Of a stretch of 64,000 nt of DNA, positions 18,940 to 28,531 are shown in pieces; positions within the stretch are counted from its first letter, which is position 1, and each line of letters opens with the position of its first letter. The position numbers and the translations under genes are program-made. Below the pieces are notes generated by a model, which saw only the letters and a program-made list of their open reading frames with translations, searched no databases and had not been told where the DNA came from. This stretch comes from an uncultured Oscillospiraceae bacterium (GTDB taxonomy: Bacteria > Bacillota > Clostridia > Oscillospirales > Oscillospiraceae), in NCBI GenBank assembly GCA_944385545.1, contig CALWXQ010000001.1:48697-112696 (forward strand). The letters run 5' to 3'.

Positions 18940-20328
18940 ATGAACAGACGCAACCGAGTGGCATTCTTTAACATCCTGAGCATCGTACTGCTCAACGGCA
19001 TTTCCATCCTGACCGGGTCGCTGTTCTCCAGACTGCTGGGAGACAGCGGCTACGGCTATGTCAAAATCTACAATATCTGGGCCAGCGTTATCGCCATCGC
19101 CTTTACCCTCCAGACTCAGTCCACCCTGGCCAATGCCAGGGTGGAGTATCCTGAGGGGGAGCAGGACGCCTACGCCTCCTCGGTGATGAGCATGTCTGTG
19201 CTGGCGTATCTGGCGTGCAGCGTGGTGGTGGTGCTGTTCATCCGGCCTGTCTCCGACCTACTGCGCCTGGAGCCGTTTCTGATCGCGCTGCTGCTGCTGC
19301 AGGCCTTCGGAACCTTCTGCGTCAACTTTCTGAACACCAAGTTCGTTTACGAATTCAAGGCCGGGTGGAATATGATCGCCTCCTTGGCCATCACCATTAC
19401 CACCTTTGTGCTGTCGGTGGCGCTGATCCTGTATCTGCCGGAGCAGATTCGCTACTATGGACGGATTCTGGCCATCGCCGCCACCTACACCATCATCGGC
19501 TTGTTTTCCTGCGGCTATGTGCTGACCAAGGGCCGCACCTTCTACCGCCGGGATTACTGGCGGATGTGTATTGCCATCGCGGTTCCGTCGGTGTTTTACA
19601 ATCTGTCGGATCTGATCCTGGGCCAAAGCGACCAGGTTATGATCCAGCACATCATGGGCGAAGGCGCCGCGGGCCGCTACGGCCTGGCATACACCTTCGG
19701 CAACTTTATGTTCGTGATCTACGGCGCCCTGAGCCGAACCTGGTGCCCGTTCTTTTTCGAGGAGATCAAGCTGGGAAAAAAGGAGGCTTTGGGGGAGAAA
19801 ACCGTCAACTTCCTGGAGCTGTACACGGTGCTGTCCGTGGGCTTTATCCTGCTGTGTACCGAGGTGTATCACATCTACGCCGGCCCGGAGTTCTGGGACG
19901 GCACTGGGCTGATCCCCTTGTTCGTCACCAGCTACTACCTGAATTTCCTGTGCACCTTCCCGGTGAATTTTGAATACTACCATAAGAAGACCAAGGCGGT
20001 GGCGACTATCACTGTGGTGACCTGCGGGGGGAATATTCTGCTGAACTACTTCCTGATCCGCTCCATGGGCATGGCCGGCGCGGCGGTGGCCACGGTGATC
20101 TCCCACGGCTTCCAGCTGGCGATGCACCACTGCTACTGCCGCTGGCGCTTGGGACGGGACAGCTATCCCTTCGGCTTGGGCATGTGGTGGAAGTATCTGG
20201 CGGCTTATGCCGCCATGCTGGCCTTCGTCTGGCTGGCACAGGATAGATGGCTCCTGCGCTGGGGGGCTGGCGCCGCCCTGGGGCTGTGGGAGCTGTATCG
20301 CATCCGCAAACGGAAAACACTGATCTGA
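18940..20328 (+). CDS. wzx: Wzx-type (MOP superfamily) oligosaccharide flippase
   Basis: About 12-14 TM segments, SRLLG..GYG, ILGQSDQVMI, GRYGLAY, NILLNYFLI..MGMAGAAVAT. Confidence 0.85.
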   Translation: MNRRNRVAFFNILSIVLLNGISILTGSLFSRLLGDSGYGYVKIYNIWASVIAIAFTLQTQSTLANARVEYPEGEQDAYASSVMSMSVLAYLACSVVVVLFIRPVSDLLRLEPFLIALLLLQAFGTFCVNFLNTKFVYEFKAGWNMIASLAITITTFVLSVALILYLPEQIRYYGRILAIAATYTIIGLFSCGYVLTKGRTFYRRDYWRMCIAIAVPSVFYNLSDLILGQSDQVMIQHIMGEGAAGRYGLAYTFGNFMFVIYGALSRTWCPFFFEEIKLGKKEALGEKTVNFLELYTVLSVGFILLCTEVYHIYAGPEFWDGTGLIPLFVTSYYLNFLCTFPVNFEYYHKKTKAVATITVVTCGGNILLNYFLIRSMGMAGAAVATVISHGFQLAMHHCYCRWRLGRDSYPFGLGMWWKYLAAYAAMLAFVWLAQDRWLLRWGAGAALGLWELYRIRKRKTLI

Positions 20329-20362
20329 ACGCAAGGGACTTGTCCCCGGCAGGAAGACGCAG

Positions 20363-20393
20363 AGGCCGGACGATTTCGTCCGGCCTGGTTTTT
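20363..20393 (+). terminator. intrinsic terminator closing glycan operon 1
   Basis: Hairpin AGGCCGGACG-ATTT-CGTCCGGCCT followed by GGTTTTT. Confidence 0.7.
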
Positions 20394-20400
20394 ATCGGGG

Positions 20401-20429
20401 TTGCAATCAGGGAAGGAATGGTGTATACT
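20401..20429 (+). promoter_or_regulatory. sigma-A promoter of glycan operon 2
   Basis: TTGCAA-17 bp-TATACT. Confidence 0.7.
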
Positions 20430-20494
20430 AGAGATGAAATATTCGTATTTTGGGGCTTCCTGGGGCGGAGGCCCTTGCTTGAGGTTGCGCGTCT

Positions 20495-21634
20495 ATGGAA
20501 AAGAAAAAGGTTCTGTTTGTGGCAACGGTGGTAAAGACTCATATTATGCAGTTTCATGTCCCCTATCTGAAGCTGTTTCGGCAGATGGGGTGGGAGACGG
20601 CGGTTGCTGCCAGGAACGACTATGCCGACCCTGCCGACTGCCGGATCCCCTATTGCGACGCCTATTACGATCTTCCCATTGCCCGGATCCCCTGGAAAAC
20701 GGACAATTTCCGGGCCTACAGGATGCTCAAGCAGATCATTGACCGAGAGGACTATGATTTGATCCACTGCCATACCCCCATGGGAGCGGTGGTGGCCCGG
20801 CTGGCAGCTCTGGGGGCCAGGAAGCGGGGAACCAAGGTTCTCTACACCGCCCACGGCTTCCACTTTTTCCGGGGGGCGCCCGCCCGAAACTGGCTGCTGT
20901 TTTTCCCCATGGAGTGGCTTCTGTCCTTTGTGACGGATGTGCTGATTACCATCAACCGGGAGGACTATGCCCGGGCGAAAAAACGGCTCCATCCGAAACG
21001 GCTGGAATACGTCCCCGGAGTGGGCGTCCACATCCGCCGGTTTCAGACGGATCGGGCGGCGGGGCCGGATAAGCGCCGGGAGCTGGGCCGGACGGCGGAG
21101 GATTTCCTCCTGCTGACCGTGGCGGAGATGACCCGGAACAAGAACCATACCACGATTCTGAATGCGCTGGCGCTGCTGAAGGACAAGCCGGAGTTTACCA
21201 ATATGCACTATCTGATCTGCGGCCGGGGGGAAACGCGCCCGGCGCTGGAGCGCCAGGCTAAGGCTTTGGGGATCGGGGATCATGTCCATTTTCTGGGCTA
21301 CCGGCAGGATGTGCCGGCGCTGTACGGCTGCAGCGACCTGTTTGTTTTCATGCCCTATCGGGAGGGGCTGCCGGTGGCCTTGATGGAGGCTATGAGCAGC
21401 GGTCTGCCGGTGATCTGCTCCCGAATCCGGGGCAACCGGGATCTGATCGAGGACGGGGTCTGCGGAGTGTTCGCCGAGAACCGGCCCCAGGCGGTGGCGG
21501 AAGCCATCGTGGAGCTGTACTGGGATCCCCGGCGCCGGGAGGAGCTGGGTAAGGCCGCGGCGGAAGCTGTGAAGCCCTTTGACGACGAGAATGTACACAG
21601 GCAGATGAAGGAGATTTACCTGAGTCTGCTGTAA
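20495..21634 (+). CDS. GT4 glycosyltransferase (EpsD-like)
   Basis: IHCHTPMG, YTAHGFHF, ITINREDY, REGLPVALMEAMSSGLP. Confidence 0.88.
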   Translation: MEKKKVLFVATVVKTHIMQFHVPYLKLFRQMGWETAVAARNDYADPADCRIPYCDAYYDLPIARIPWKTDNFRAYRMLKQIIDREDYDLIHCHTPMGAVVARLAALGARKRGTKVLYTAHGFHFFRGAPARNWLLFFPMEWLLSFVTDVLITINREDYARAKKRLHPKRLEYVPGVGVHIRRFQTDRAAGPDKRRELGRTAEDFLLLTVAEMTRNKNHTTILNALALLKDKPEFTNMHYLICGRGETRPALERQAKALGIGDHVHFLGYRQDVPALYGCSDLFVFMPYREGLPVALMEAMSSGLPVICSRIRGNRDLIEDGVCGVFAENRPQAVAEAIVELYWDPRRREELGKAAAEAVKPFDDENVHRQMKEIYLSLL

Positions 21635-21650
21635 AGAAGGGAGGCCGCCT

Positions 21651-22634
21651 ATGCGCGGTACGCTGATCGTATCCCTGGATTTTGAACTGTTCTGGGGAAT
21701 GCTGGACGTATGCCCCCTGGAGGATTACCGGGATAACGTCCTGGGAGGGCGGGCGGCGATCCCCAAGCTGTTGGAGCTGTTTGCCAAATATGACATCCAT
21801 GCCACCTGGGCCGCGGTGGGGTTCCTGTTTGCGGAGAACTACCGGGAGCTGTCCGGGTATTTTCCCAAAGAGGGGCTGCGGCCCAGCTACGCGGGGAACG
21901 GTATGGATCCTTACAAGGTTTTTTCGCAAATCGGCGGCGATGAGGCGGAAGCGCCCTGTTTTTACGCGCCGTCCCTGCTGCGCCAAATCGCCAAAGCCCC
22001 CGGTCAGGAGATCGGCAGCCACACCTTCTGCCACTACTACTGCCGGGAAAAGGGGCAGACCGCGGAGCAGTTTGCCGCGGACATGGAGGCGGCCAGGGCC
22101 ATCGCCCGTGACCATGGGTATGATCTTCGGTCGGTGGTGCTGCCCCGGAATCAATGCCGGCCGGAATATATCCGCATCCTTCGGGAGCAGGGATTCACCG
22201 CCTACCGGGACGAGGAGAACGACTGGATCCACCGGCGGATCCGAGTTCGCCCCCTGCTGCGGCTGCTGCGGCTGCTGGATGTGTATCTGCCCCTGACGGG
22301 CCAGGGCGGCTATGTCCCCAGGCAGGAGGACGGCATCTGGAACCTGACCGGCTCCCGGATGTACAAGCCTATTTTCCCGGCTCTGGGCTTTCTGGAGGGG
22401 CTGAAGCTGCGCAGGATCAAAACGCAGATGCGCCACGCGGCGCGAAAGGGCCTGACCTTCCACCTGTGGTGGCACCCCCATAACATCGGCCTTCGCACCC
22501 GGGAACATCTGGAGCAGCTGGAGGAGCTGTTTCGCTACTACAGCAAGCTGCGGGAGGAATACGGCATGGAGAGCCTGAACATGGGAGAGGCTGCCGCGCA
22601 GCGGTCACAGGAACGGGAGGGAAACCGGCAATGA
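21651..22634 (+). CDS. CE4/NodB-family polysaccharide deacetylase
   Basis: SLDFELFWG, HATWAAVG, EIGSHTFCHY, PRNQ, FHLWWHPHN. Confidence 0.82.
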   Translation: MRGTLIVSLDFELFWGMLDVCPLEDYRDNVLGGRAAIPKLLELFAKYDIHATWAAVGFLFAENYRELSGYFPKEGLRPSYAGNGMDPYKVFSQIGGDEAEAPCFYAPSLLRQIAKAPGQEIGSHTFCHYYCREKGQTAEQFAADMEAARAIARDHGYDLRSVVLPRNQCRPEYIRILREQGFTAYRDEENDWIHRRIRVRPLLRLLRLLDVYLPLTGQGGYVPRQEDGIWNLTGSRMYKPIFPALGFLEGLKLRRIKTQMRHAARKGLTFHLWWHPHNIGLRTREHLEQLEELFRYYSKLREEYGMESLNMGEAAAQRSQEREGNRQ

Positions 22635-23668
22635 AGGTGATGCATGTACTCAACTCCCGGATCTACTCCGGGGCGGAGAAGGTGGCCTGCCAAATTATCC
22701 ACGCCTTTGAAGGCCGGGATGGTATGGAAATGGTGTATTGCAGCCCGGAGAGCGAAAATGTCCGGCAGATGCTGCGCCAGCAGAACGTGACCTACCTGCC
22801 GGTGGACAGCCTGACGCCTAAGAATCTGGGACGGGTGATCCGGGAGCAGAAGCCGGATCTGATCCATGCCCACGACATGCGCGCGGGATTCGTCTCGGCG
22901 CTGTGCTGCGGCGGGATCCCTATGATATCCCATATTCACAACAACGCCTATGACGCCCGGGGCCTGTCTGCCAAGTCTGTAGCCTACCTGCTGGCAGGGT
23001 GCAAGGCCAGGCACATCCTCTGGGTCTCCCAAAGCGCCTATGAAGGATACCTGTTCCACAGGCTGTTCCAAAAGAAAAGCACCGTGTTGTATAATATCAT
23101 CGACCGGGAGGAGATTCTGGCGAAAAAGGCCCAGGATTCGGAAAGCTACGACTTTGATCTGATCTACGTGGGCCGTCTGACCTACCAAAAGGATCCCCAG
23201 CGGCTGATGCGTCTGTGCGCCCGGGTGAAGGAGCGCTACCCCGGCCTGAAGGCGGCTGTGGTGGGGGCAGGGGAGCTGGAGGCGCAGACAAAGGCGCTTT
23301 GCCGGGAATTGGGCTTGGAAGACAACGTCCTGTTCCTGGGCTTCCAGAGCAACCCCATCAAAATGATCCACGACAGCCGCGCCCTGGTGCTAACCTCCCG
23401 GTGGGAGGGAACCCCCATGTGCGCCCTGGAGGCCATGGCCCTGGGGACGCCGGTGGTGAGCACCCCCTCCGACGGGATGCAGGAGCTGATCGAAAGCGGC
23501 GTCAACGGCTATTTGTGCCGGGAGGATCAGGCGCTGGAGGAAAGCATCCTGAAGATCCTGACAGACCCCGGCCACCGGGAGAGCTTGTCCCGCCATGCCC
23601 GGGAAACCTTTGCCCGGATCAATGACGACGTGCAATACTATCAGGCTATCGCCCGGTGCTATGGCTGA
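22631..23668 (+). CDS. GT4 glycosyltransferase
   Basis: SGAEKV, VGRLTYQKD, EGTPMCALEAMALGTPV. Confidence 0.88.
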   Translation: MKVMHVLNSRIYSGAEKVACQIIHAFEGRDGMEMVYCSPESENVRQMLRQQNVTYLPVDSLTPKNLGRVIREQKPDLIHAHDMRAGFVSALCCGGIPMISHIHNNAYDARGLSAKSVAYLLAGCKARHILWVSQSAYEGYLFHRLFQKKSTVLYNIIDREEILAKKAQDSESYDFDLIYVGRLTYQKDPQRLMRLCARVKERYPGLKAAVVGAGELEAQTKALCRELGLEDNVLFLGFQSNPIKMIHDSRALVLTSRWEGTPMCALEAMALGTPVVSTPSDGMQELIESGVNGYLCREDQALEESILKILTDPGHRESLSRHARETFARINDDVQYYQAIARCYG

Positions 23669-23680
23669 GAAGGAAGTTTT

Positions 23681-24763
23681 ATGAAGATTTTGCAGATCTT
23701 ACCCTATTTCTGCTTTGGCGGCGCGGAGATTATGTGCGAAAACCTGACCTACGCTCTGAAGGAGCTGGGGCAGGAGGTCGGCGTGGTGTGCCTGTATGAC
23801 CGCTGCACCCCCATCTCCCAACGCATGGAGCAGGCGGGGATCCCGATCCGCTACCTGGATAAGAAACCGGGGCTGGATGTTTCCATGGTACCCAAGCTTT
23901 GCCGCGTCCTGAAGCAGGAGAGGCCGGATGTGATCCATACGCACCTGGATGTAATCAAATACGCGGCTCTGGCGGGAAAGCTGGCCAAGGTGCCCTGCCG
24001 GATCCACACCATGCACAGTGTGGCCCAGAAGGAAGCGGAGGGGCCTGCCCAGAAGCTGATCAACACCTGCTACTTCCGCCGCGGCCTGTCCACGCCGGTG
24101 GCCCTGAGTCCTCAGATCGCCGCCTCCATTGCGGAATTCTATGGTCTGGAGGAAGAACGGATTCCGGTGATCTACAACGGCATCGACCTGACAAAGTGCC
24201 GTCCCAAGGAGGACTACGCTGTGGGACAGACGGTGCGGATCCTGCATGTGGGGCGCTTCGACGTGCCGAAGAACCACGGGGGCCTTCTGCGGGTTTTTCA
24301 GAAGCTCCACCAGCGGTTCCCCCAATGCCGGCTGCAATTGGTAGGCGACGGGGATCTGCGTCCGGAAATGGAGCGACTGGCCCAGGAGCTGGGCATTTCC
24401 CGGTGGGTGGAATTCGCGGGAATGCAGTCTGATGTGCACCCCTATCTGCAAAGCGCGGATTTTTTCGTGTTGCCCTCCATCTATGAGGGCAATCCCATGT
24501 CCATTATCGAGGCCATGGGTACGGGACTTCCCATTGCCGCCACGGCGGTGGGAGGCATCCCGGATATGCTGGAAAACGGTAAAAACGCTCTGCTGACCCC
24601 TTGCCGGGAAGACGCGATCCTGGAGGCCTGGGCCGCCCTGGTGGAGGATGAGGCGCTGCGGGAGCGGCTGGGACGGCAGGCCAGGACGGACAGTCCGCGG
24701 TTTTCCGCGGGGCATATGGCCCAAAGCTATTGCCAGGTCTATGCCGCCCAACGAAGCAAATGA
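23681..24763 (+). CDS. GT4 glycosyltransferase
   Basis: GGAE, IYNGID, VGRF..PKN, EGNPMSIIEAMGTGLP. Confidence 0.88.
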   Translation: MKILQILPYFCFGGAEIMCENLTYALKELGQEVGVVCLYDRCTPISQRMEQAGIPIRYLDKKPGLDVSMVPKLCRVLKQERPDVIHTHLDVIKYAALAGKLAKVPCRIHTMHSVAQKEAEGPAQKLINTCYFRRGLSTPVALSPQIAASIAEFYGLEEERIPVIYNGIDLTKCRPKEDYAVGQTVRILHVGRFDVPKNHGGLLRVFQKLHQRFPQCRLQLVGDGDLRPEMERLAQELGISRWVEFAGMQSDVHPYLQSADFFVLPSIYEGNPMSIIEAMGTGLPIAATAVGGIPDMLENGKNALLTPCREDAILEAWAALVEDEALRERLGRQARTDSPRFSAGHMAQSYCQVYAAQRSK

Positions 24764-24784
24764 CCTGCGAAAGGTGGGAAAGCT

Positions 24785-25771
24785 ATGACCCGGGACACCG
24801 TATCGGTGATCGTACCGGCGTATAACGCGGCGGAATTCCTGAGTGCCTGTCTGGACAGTCTCCTGGCGCAAACCTGGGAAGACCTGGAAGTGGTGGTGGT
24901 CAACGACGGTTCCACCGACGATACGGCCCAGAAGCTGGAGGCTTATGCCCAAAAGCACCCCAGGGTGCGGGCAGTGAACCAGGAAAACCGGGGCGTCACC
25001 GCGGCCCGGCTGCGGGGCGTGGCGGAAGCCGGGGGAGACTGGATCGGCTTCGTGGACGCGGACGACGTGGTAGAGCCGGATATGTACCGGCGGCTTATGG
25101 AAAATGCCCGGACTTACGGCTGCGACATCTCCCACTGTGGTCACCGGATCGTTTTCCCAGACGGCCGGATTGCCTATGTCCACAATACCGGCGTGCTCCG
25201 CCGGCAGGACACCCTTACCGGGCAGCGGGATCTGCTGGACGCGGGGCAGATCGACGCCAGCCTGTGCACCAAGCTGTTCCGCAGGACCCTGTTTCAGGGG
25301 ATCGGGGAATGGATGGAGCCGGGGATCACCAACAATGAAGACTTTTTGATGAATTTCTACCTGTTCTCCCGCTCCGGCGGCAGCGTCTATGAGGACGTAT
25401 GTCCTTATCACTATCTGCTGCGCCGGGGATCTGCCTCCTACCGCACATTCCATGAGCACAGCTTGTTCGACCCCATTCGGGTGCGGCAGCTGGTGGCGGA
25501 CAGATGCGCCCCGGAGCTGCGCCGGGACGCCAGGAACGCCCTGCTGCGCAACCTGTTGTTCATCTATGCCCGGCTGGCGGTGGAAACAGGGGAGAACCGG
25601 AAAGCCTACCGCAGGCGGGTGCGGCAGCTTCTGCGGGAAAACAGGCCGTATTATGACGTGCTGTCCCCCCGGAACCGGCTGCTGGCCAACATGATCTGCT
25701 ATGCGCCCTGGAGCTTCCGAGCTGCCTATCAGCTGTATGTGGCCCTGTTCCAGCGGCAGGAGCAGCATTAA
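24785..25771 (+). CDS. GT2 glycosyltransferase
   Basis: SVIVPAYN, VNDGSTD, FVDADD, NED. Confidence 0.9.
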   Translation: MTRDTVSVIVPAYNAAEFLSACLDSLLAQTWEDLEVVVVNDGSTDDTAQKLEAYAQKHPRVRAVNQENRGVTAARLRGVAEAGGDWIGFVDADDVVEPDMYRRLMENARTYGCDISHCGHRIVFPDGRIAYVHNTGVLRRQDTLTGQRDLLDAGQIDASLCTKLFRRTLFQGIGEWMEPGITNNEDFLMNFYLFSRSGGSVYEDVCPYHYLLRRGSASYRTFHEHSLFDPIRVRQLVADRCAPELRRDARNALLRNLLFIYARLAVETGENRKAYRRRVRQLLRENRPYYDVLSPRNRLLANMICYAPWSFRAAYQLYVALFQRQEQH

Positions 25772-25785
25772 AGGAGGAAACGCCT

Positions 25786-26769
25786 ATGAAGGAGCTGCCG
25801 CTGCTGAGCGTGATCGTACCGGTGTACAATGTGGAAGCCTACCTTCCCCGATGCATCCGATCCATTGCGGAGCAGACCTATGCCAATCTGGAGGTGCTGC
25901 TGGTGGACGACGGTTCCACAGACGCCGGCGGGGATATCTGTGACGCCTGGGCTGCCCGGGACAGCCGCGTCCGGGTGATCCATAAGGAAAACGGCGGCGC
26001 CGGAGCGGCCCGGAATCTGGGGATGGACATGGCCCGGGGGGAACTGCTGGGCTTTGTGGACAGCGACGACTACCTGCATCCGAAGATGTACGAGCATCTT
26101 TACAGCCTGATGGCGGGGGATGTGGACATTGCCGAATGCGTCCTGGTTACAACAGATCGGGACGACGCGCCCTTGGAGGACGGCAGCGCCGCCAAAACCG
26201 CCACCTATACCCGGGAGGCGGCTATGAGGCTGCACATCCGGGACGAGATCTTTTGCCAAACGCCTCCCAATAAGCTTTACCGCCGGGAAACGGTGGAGAA
26301 CGTCCGCTTTCCTGTGGGGAACCTGATCGACGACGAGTTCTTTACCTACCGGGCCATTGGCAGCGCCCGGCGCTTGGTCCGGTCGGACAGCCGGATGTAT
26401 GCCTACCGCCAGCAGACCGGCAGCGCCATGCACAAGCCCTATTCCCTGAAGCGGCTCCAGGGCCTGGACGGGAAGCTGGAACGGCTGGACTATCTGAAAC
26501 AGCATCTGCCCGGGCTGGAGCAGGAAGCGAAGCGGGATCTGCTGTTTTCCTGCCTGATGGCTATGCAGAACTGCCTGCGGTTCCTGCCCGGGGACGAACT
26601 GGAAGCGGCGTGGGAGAAAATCAACGGGATTCTGCCCCGGATCACGCCGGTGCCATGGAGCCGGGAGGCGGGGCTGAGGCGAAACGGCTTGTTGAAGCTG
26701 GCCCAGATTTCCTTCCCCGGCACCTGCCGGATGCTGAATTTCCTTGAGGATATCCATGTGTTGCGATAG
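25786..26769 (+). CDS. GT2 glycosyltransferase
   Basis: SVIVPVYN, VDDGSTD, FVDSDD, NKLYR, IDDEF. Confidence 0.9.
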   Translation: MKELPLLSVIVPVYNVEAYLPRCIRSIAEQTYANLEVLLVDDGSTDAGGDICDAWAARDSRVRVIHKENGGAGAARNLGMDMARGELLGFVDSDDYLHPKMYEHLYSLMAGDVDIAECVLVTTDRDDAPLEDGSAAKTATYTREAAMRLHIRDEIFCQTPPNKLYRRETVENVRFPVGNLIDDEFFTYRAIGSARRLVRSDSRMYAYRQQTGSAMHKPYSLKRLQGLDGKLERLDYLKQHLPGLEQEAKRDLLFSCLMAMQNCLRFLPGDELEAAWEKINGILPRITPVPWSREAGLRRNGLLKLAQISFPGTCRMLNFLEDIHVLR

Positions 26770-26778
26770 GAGTGGAGC

Positions 26779-27681
26779 ATGAGCTGGAAGTATAAAATAA
26801 CCGTCTTTACCCCCACCTATAACCGGGCCTACACCATTGAAGCGCTGTACCGATCCTTGCAACGCCAGCGCTTTGCGGATTTTGAATGGCTGGTGGTGGA
26901 CGACGGATCCTCGGATCAAACAGAGGAATTGTTTGCCGCTTGGGCAAAGGAGGAAAATCCCTTTCCCATCCGGTACTATCAGCAGGAAAACGGCGGCAAA
27001 TGCCGGGCCATCAACCGCGGGCTGGATTTGGCCCGGGGCGAGCTGTTCTTCAATGTGGACTCTGACGACTATCTGACCGATGACGCTTTGCAGAAGGTAG
27101 CCGCTTGGGAACAGAGTTTGCCCGAGGGGAAACCATACTGCGGCTTTGCCGGGAACCTGGGAACGGCTCCGGACGTCACCCCCAACACCCCGTTGGACGG
27201 CGGATTCTATGACGGTACTGCCTTTGACCGCTACGGCATTGTGGACGGGGAACGGGCTTGCGTTTTCTATACCCAGGTGCACCGGAAGTACAAGTATCCG
27301 GAATTTCCCGGCGAGACCTTTCTTACCGAGGCGGTGGCCTGGAACCGGATGGCCGGGGACGGGTACGCAATGCGGTTTTACAATGACATTATCTGCATCT
27401 ATGAATACAGACCCGACGGACTGACCAACTCCGGTTACCAGCTGTTCCTGGACAATCCCCAGGGTACAGGGCTATTTTTCCGGGAAAAGGCGAAATACTT
27501 CCGCTATTCCCCCAAAACCATGCTGGGCATGTGGTACGGCTTCACCTGCGACGCCATGGATCGGTGTACCAACGCCCAGATCGCGGAATATATCGGCATG
27601 CCCCGGCTGCTGGTGGAACCGATGAAGCAGCTGCACAATCTGATCCAATTTGTTCGGAAAATGAGGAATCCAAATGGCTGA
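26779..27681 (+). CDS. GT2 glycosyltransferase
   Basis: TVFTPTYNR, VDDGSSD, NGGK, VDSDD. Confidence 0.9.
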   Translation: MSWKYKITVFTPTYNRAYTIEALYRSLQRQRFADFEWLVVDDGSSDQTEELFAAWAKEENPFPIRYYQQENGGKCRAINRGLDLARGELFFNVDSDDYLTDDALQKVAAWEQSLPEGKPYCGFAGNLGTAPDVTPNTPLDGGFYDGTAFDRYGIVDGERACVFYTQVHRKYKYPEFPGETFLTEAVAWNRMAGDGYAMRFYNDIICIYEYRPDGLTNSGYQLFLDNPQGTGLFFREKAKYFRYSPKTMLGMWYGFTCDAMDRCTNAQIAEYIGMPRLLVEPMKQLHNLIQFVRKMRNPNG

Positions 27682-28531
27682 TCGTTTACATTCTTCCTAT
27701 CATATCCATATTTCCGCCAAGCACCGGCTGCTGGAGCTGAAGCTGCGGGAGGTCTGGCGGTATCGGGATCTCATCGCTCTGTTTGTCAAGCGGAACTTTG
27801 TCGTATCCTACAAGCAAACCATTCTGGGGCCGGCCTGGATTTTCCTGACGCCCCTGTTCAGCAGCCTTGTTCAGGCCTTCGTCTTCGGCGGCATCGCCGG
27901 GATCGCCACCGACGGCATTCCCATGCTGCTGTTCTATCTGTTCAGCAACGCGGTGTGGGGCTTTTTCGCTACCTGTCTGACCAGCAACGCCAATACCTTT
28001 ACGGACAACGCCTATGTGTTCGGCAAGGTGTATTTCCCCCGGCTGACAACGCCCATCTCCAACATATTTTCCGCGGTGATCCGCTTTGGCATTCAAATGG
28101 TGCTGGTGCTGGCGTTCATGGCGTATTTTTTGATCCGGGGGGAGGTTCACCCCAACTGGGGCGCCTGGCCGGTGATTCTGGTGGAACTGCTGCACCTGGG
28201 GATCCTGGGCATGGGCTGCGGCATCATCATCTCCAGCCTGACCACCAAATACCGGGATCTGATCGTGCTCATCGACTTCGGGGTTTCCGCCTGGATGTAT
28301 CTGACCCCGGTGGTGTACCCCCTTTCCACCATTGGCCAGGAATGGATGAAGACTGCCCTGATGGTTAACCCGGTGACCATGCCCCTGGAGGTAATGCGCT
28401 GCGCCGTTTTGGGAAAAGGTGTGTTCCATTGGGGGTTCTACGGCCTTTCCTGGGCGATCACTTTGTTGGTGGCCTTTACCGGCATTGTGATTTTTAACAA
28501 AGTGGAACGAACCTTTATGGATACGGTGTGA
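27674..28531 (+). CDS. wzm: polysaccharide ABC exporter permease Wzm
   Basis: YKQTILGPAW, KVYFPR, KYRDL, MYLTPVVYP, NPVT; six TM helices. Confidence 0.92.
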   Translation: MADRLHSSYHIHISAKHRLLELKLREVWRYRDLIALFVKRNFVVSYKQTILGPAWIFLTPLFSSLVQAFVFGGIAGIATDGIPMLLFYLFSNAVWGFFATCLTSNANTFTDNAYVFGKVYFPRLTTPISNIFSAVIRFGIQMVLVLAFMAYFLIRGEVHPNWGAWPVILVELLHLGILGMGCGIIISSLTTKYRDLIVLIDFGVSAWMYLTPVVYPLSTIGQEWMKTALMVNPVTMPLEVMRCAVLGKGVFHWGFYGLSWAITLLVAFTGIVIFNKVERTFMDTV

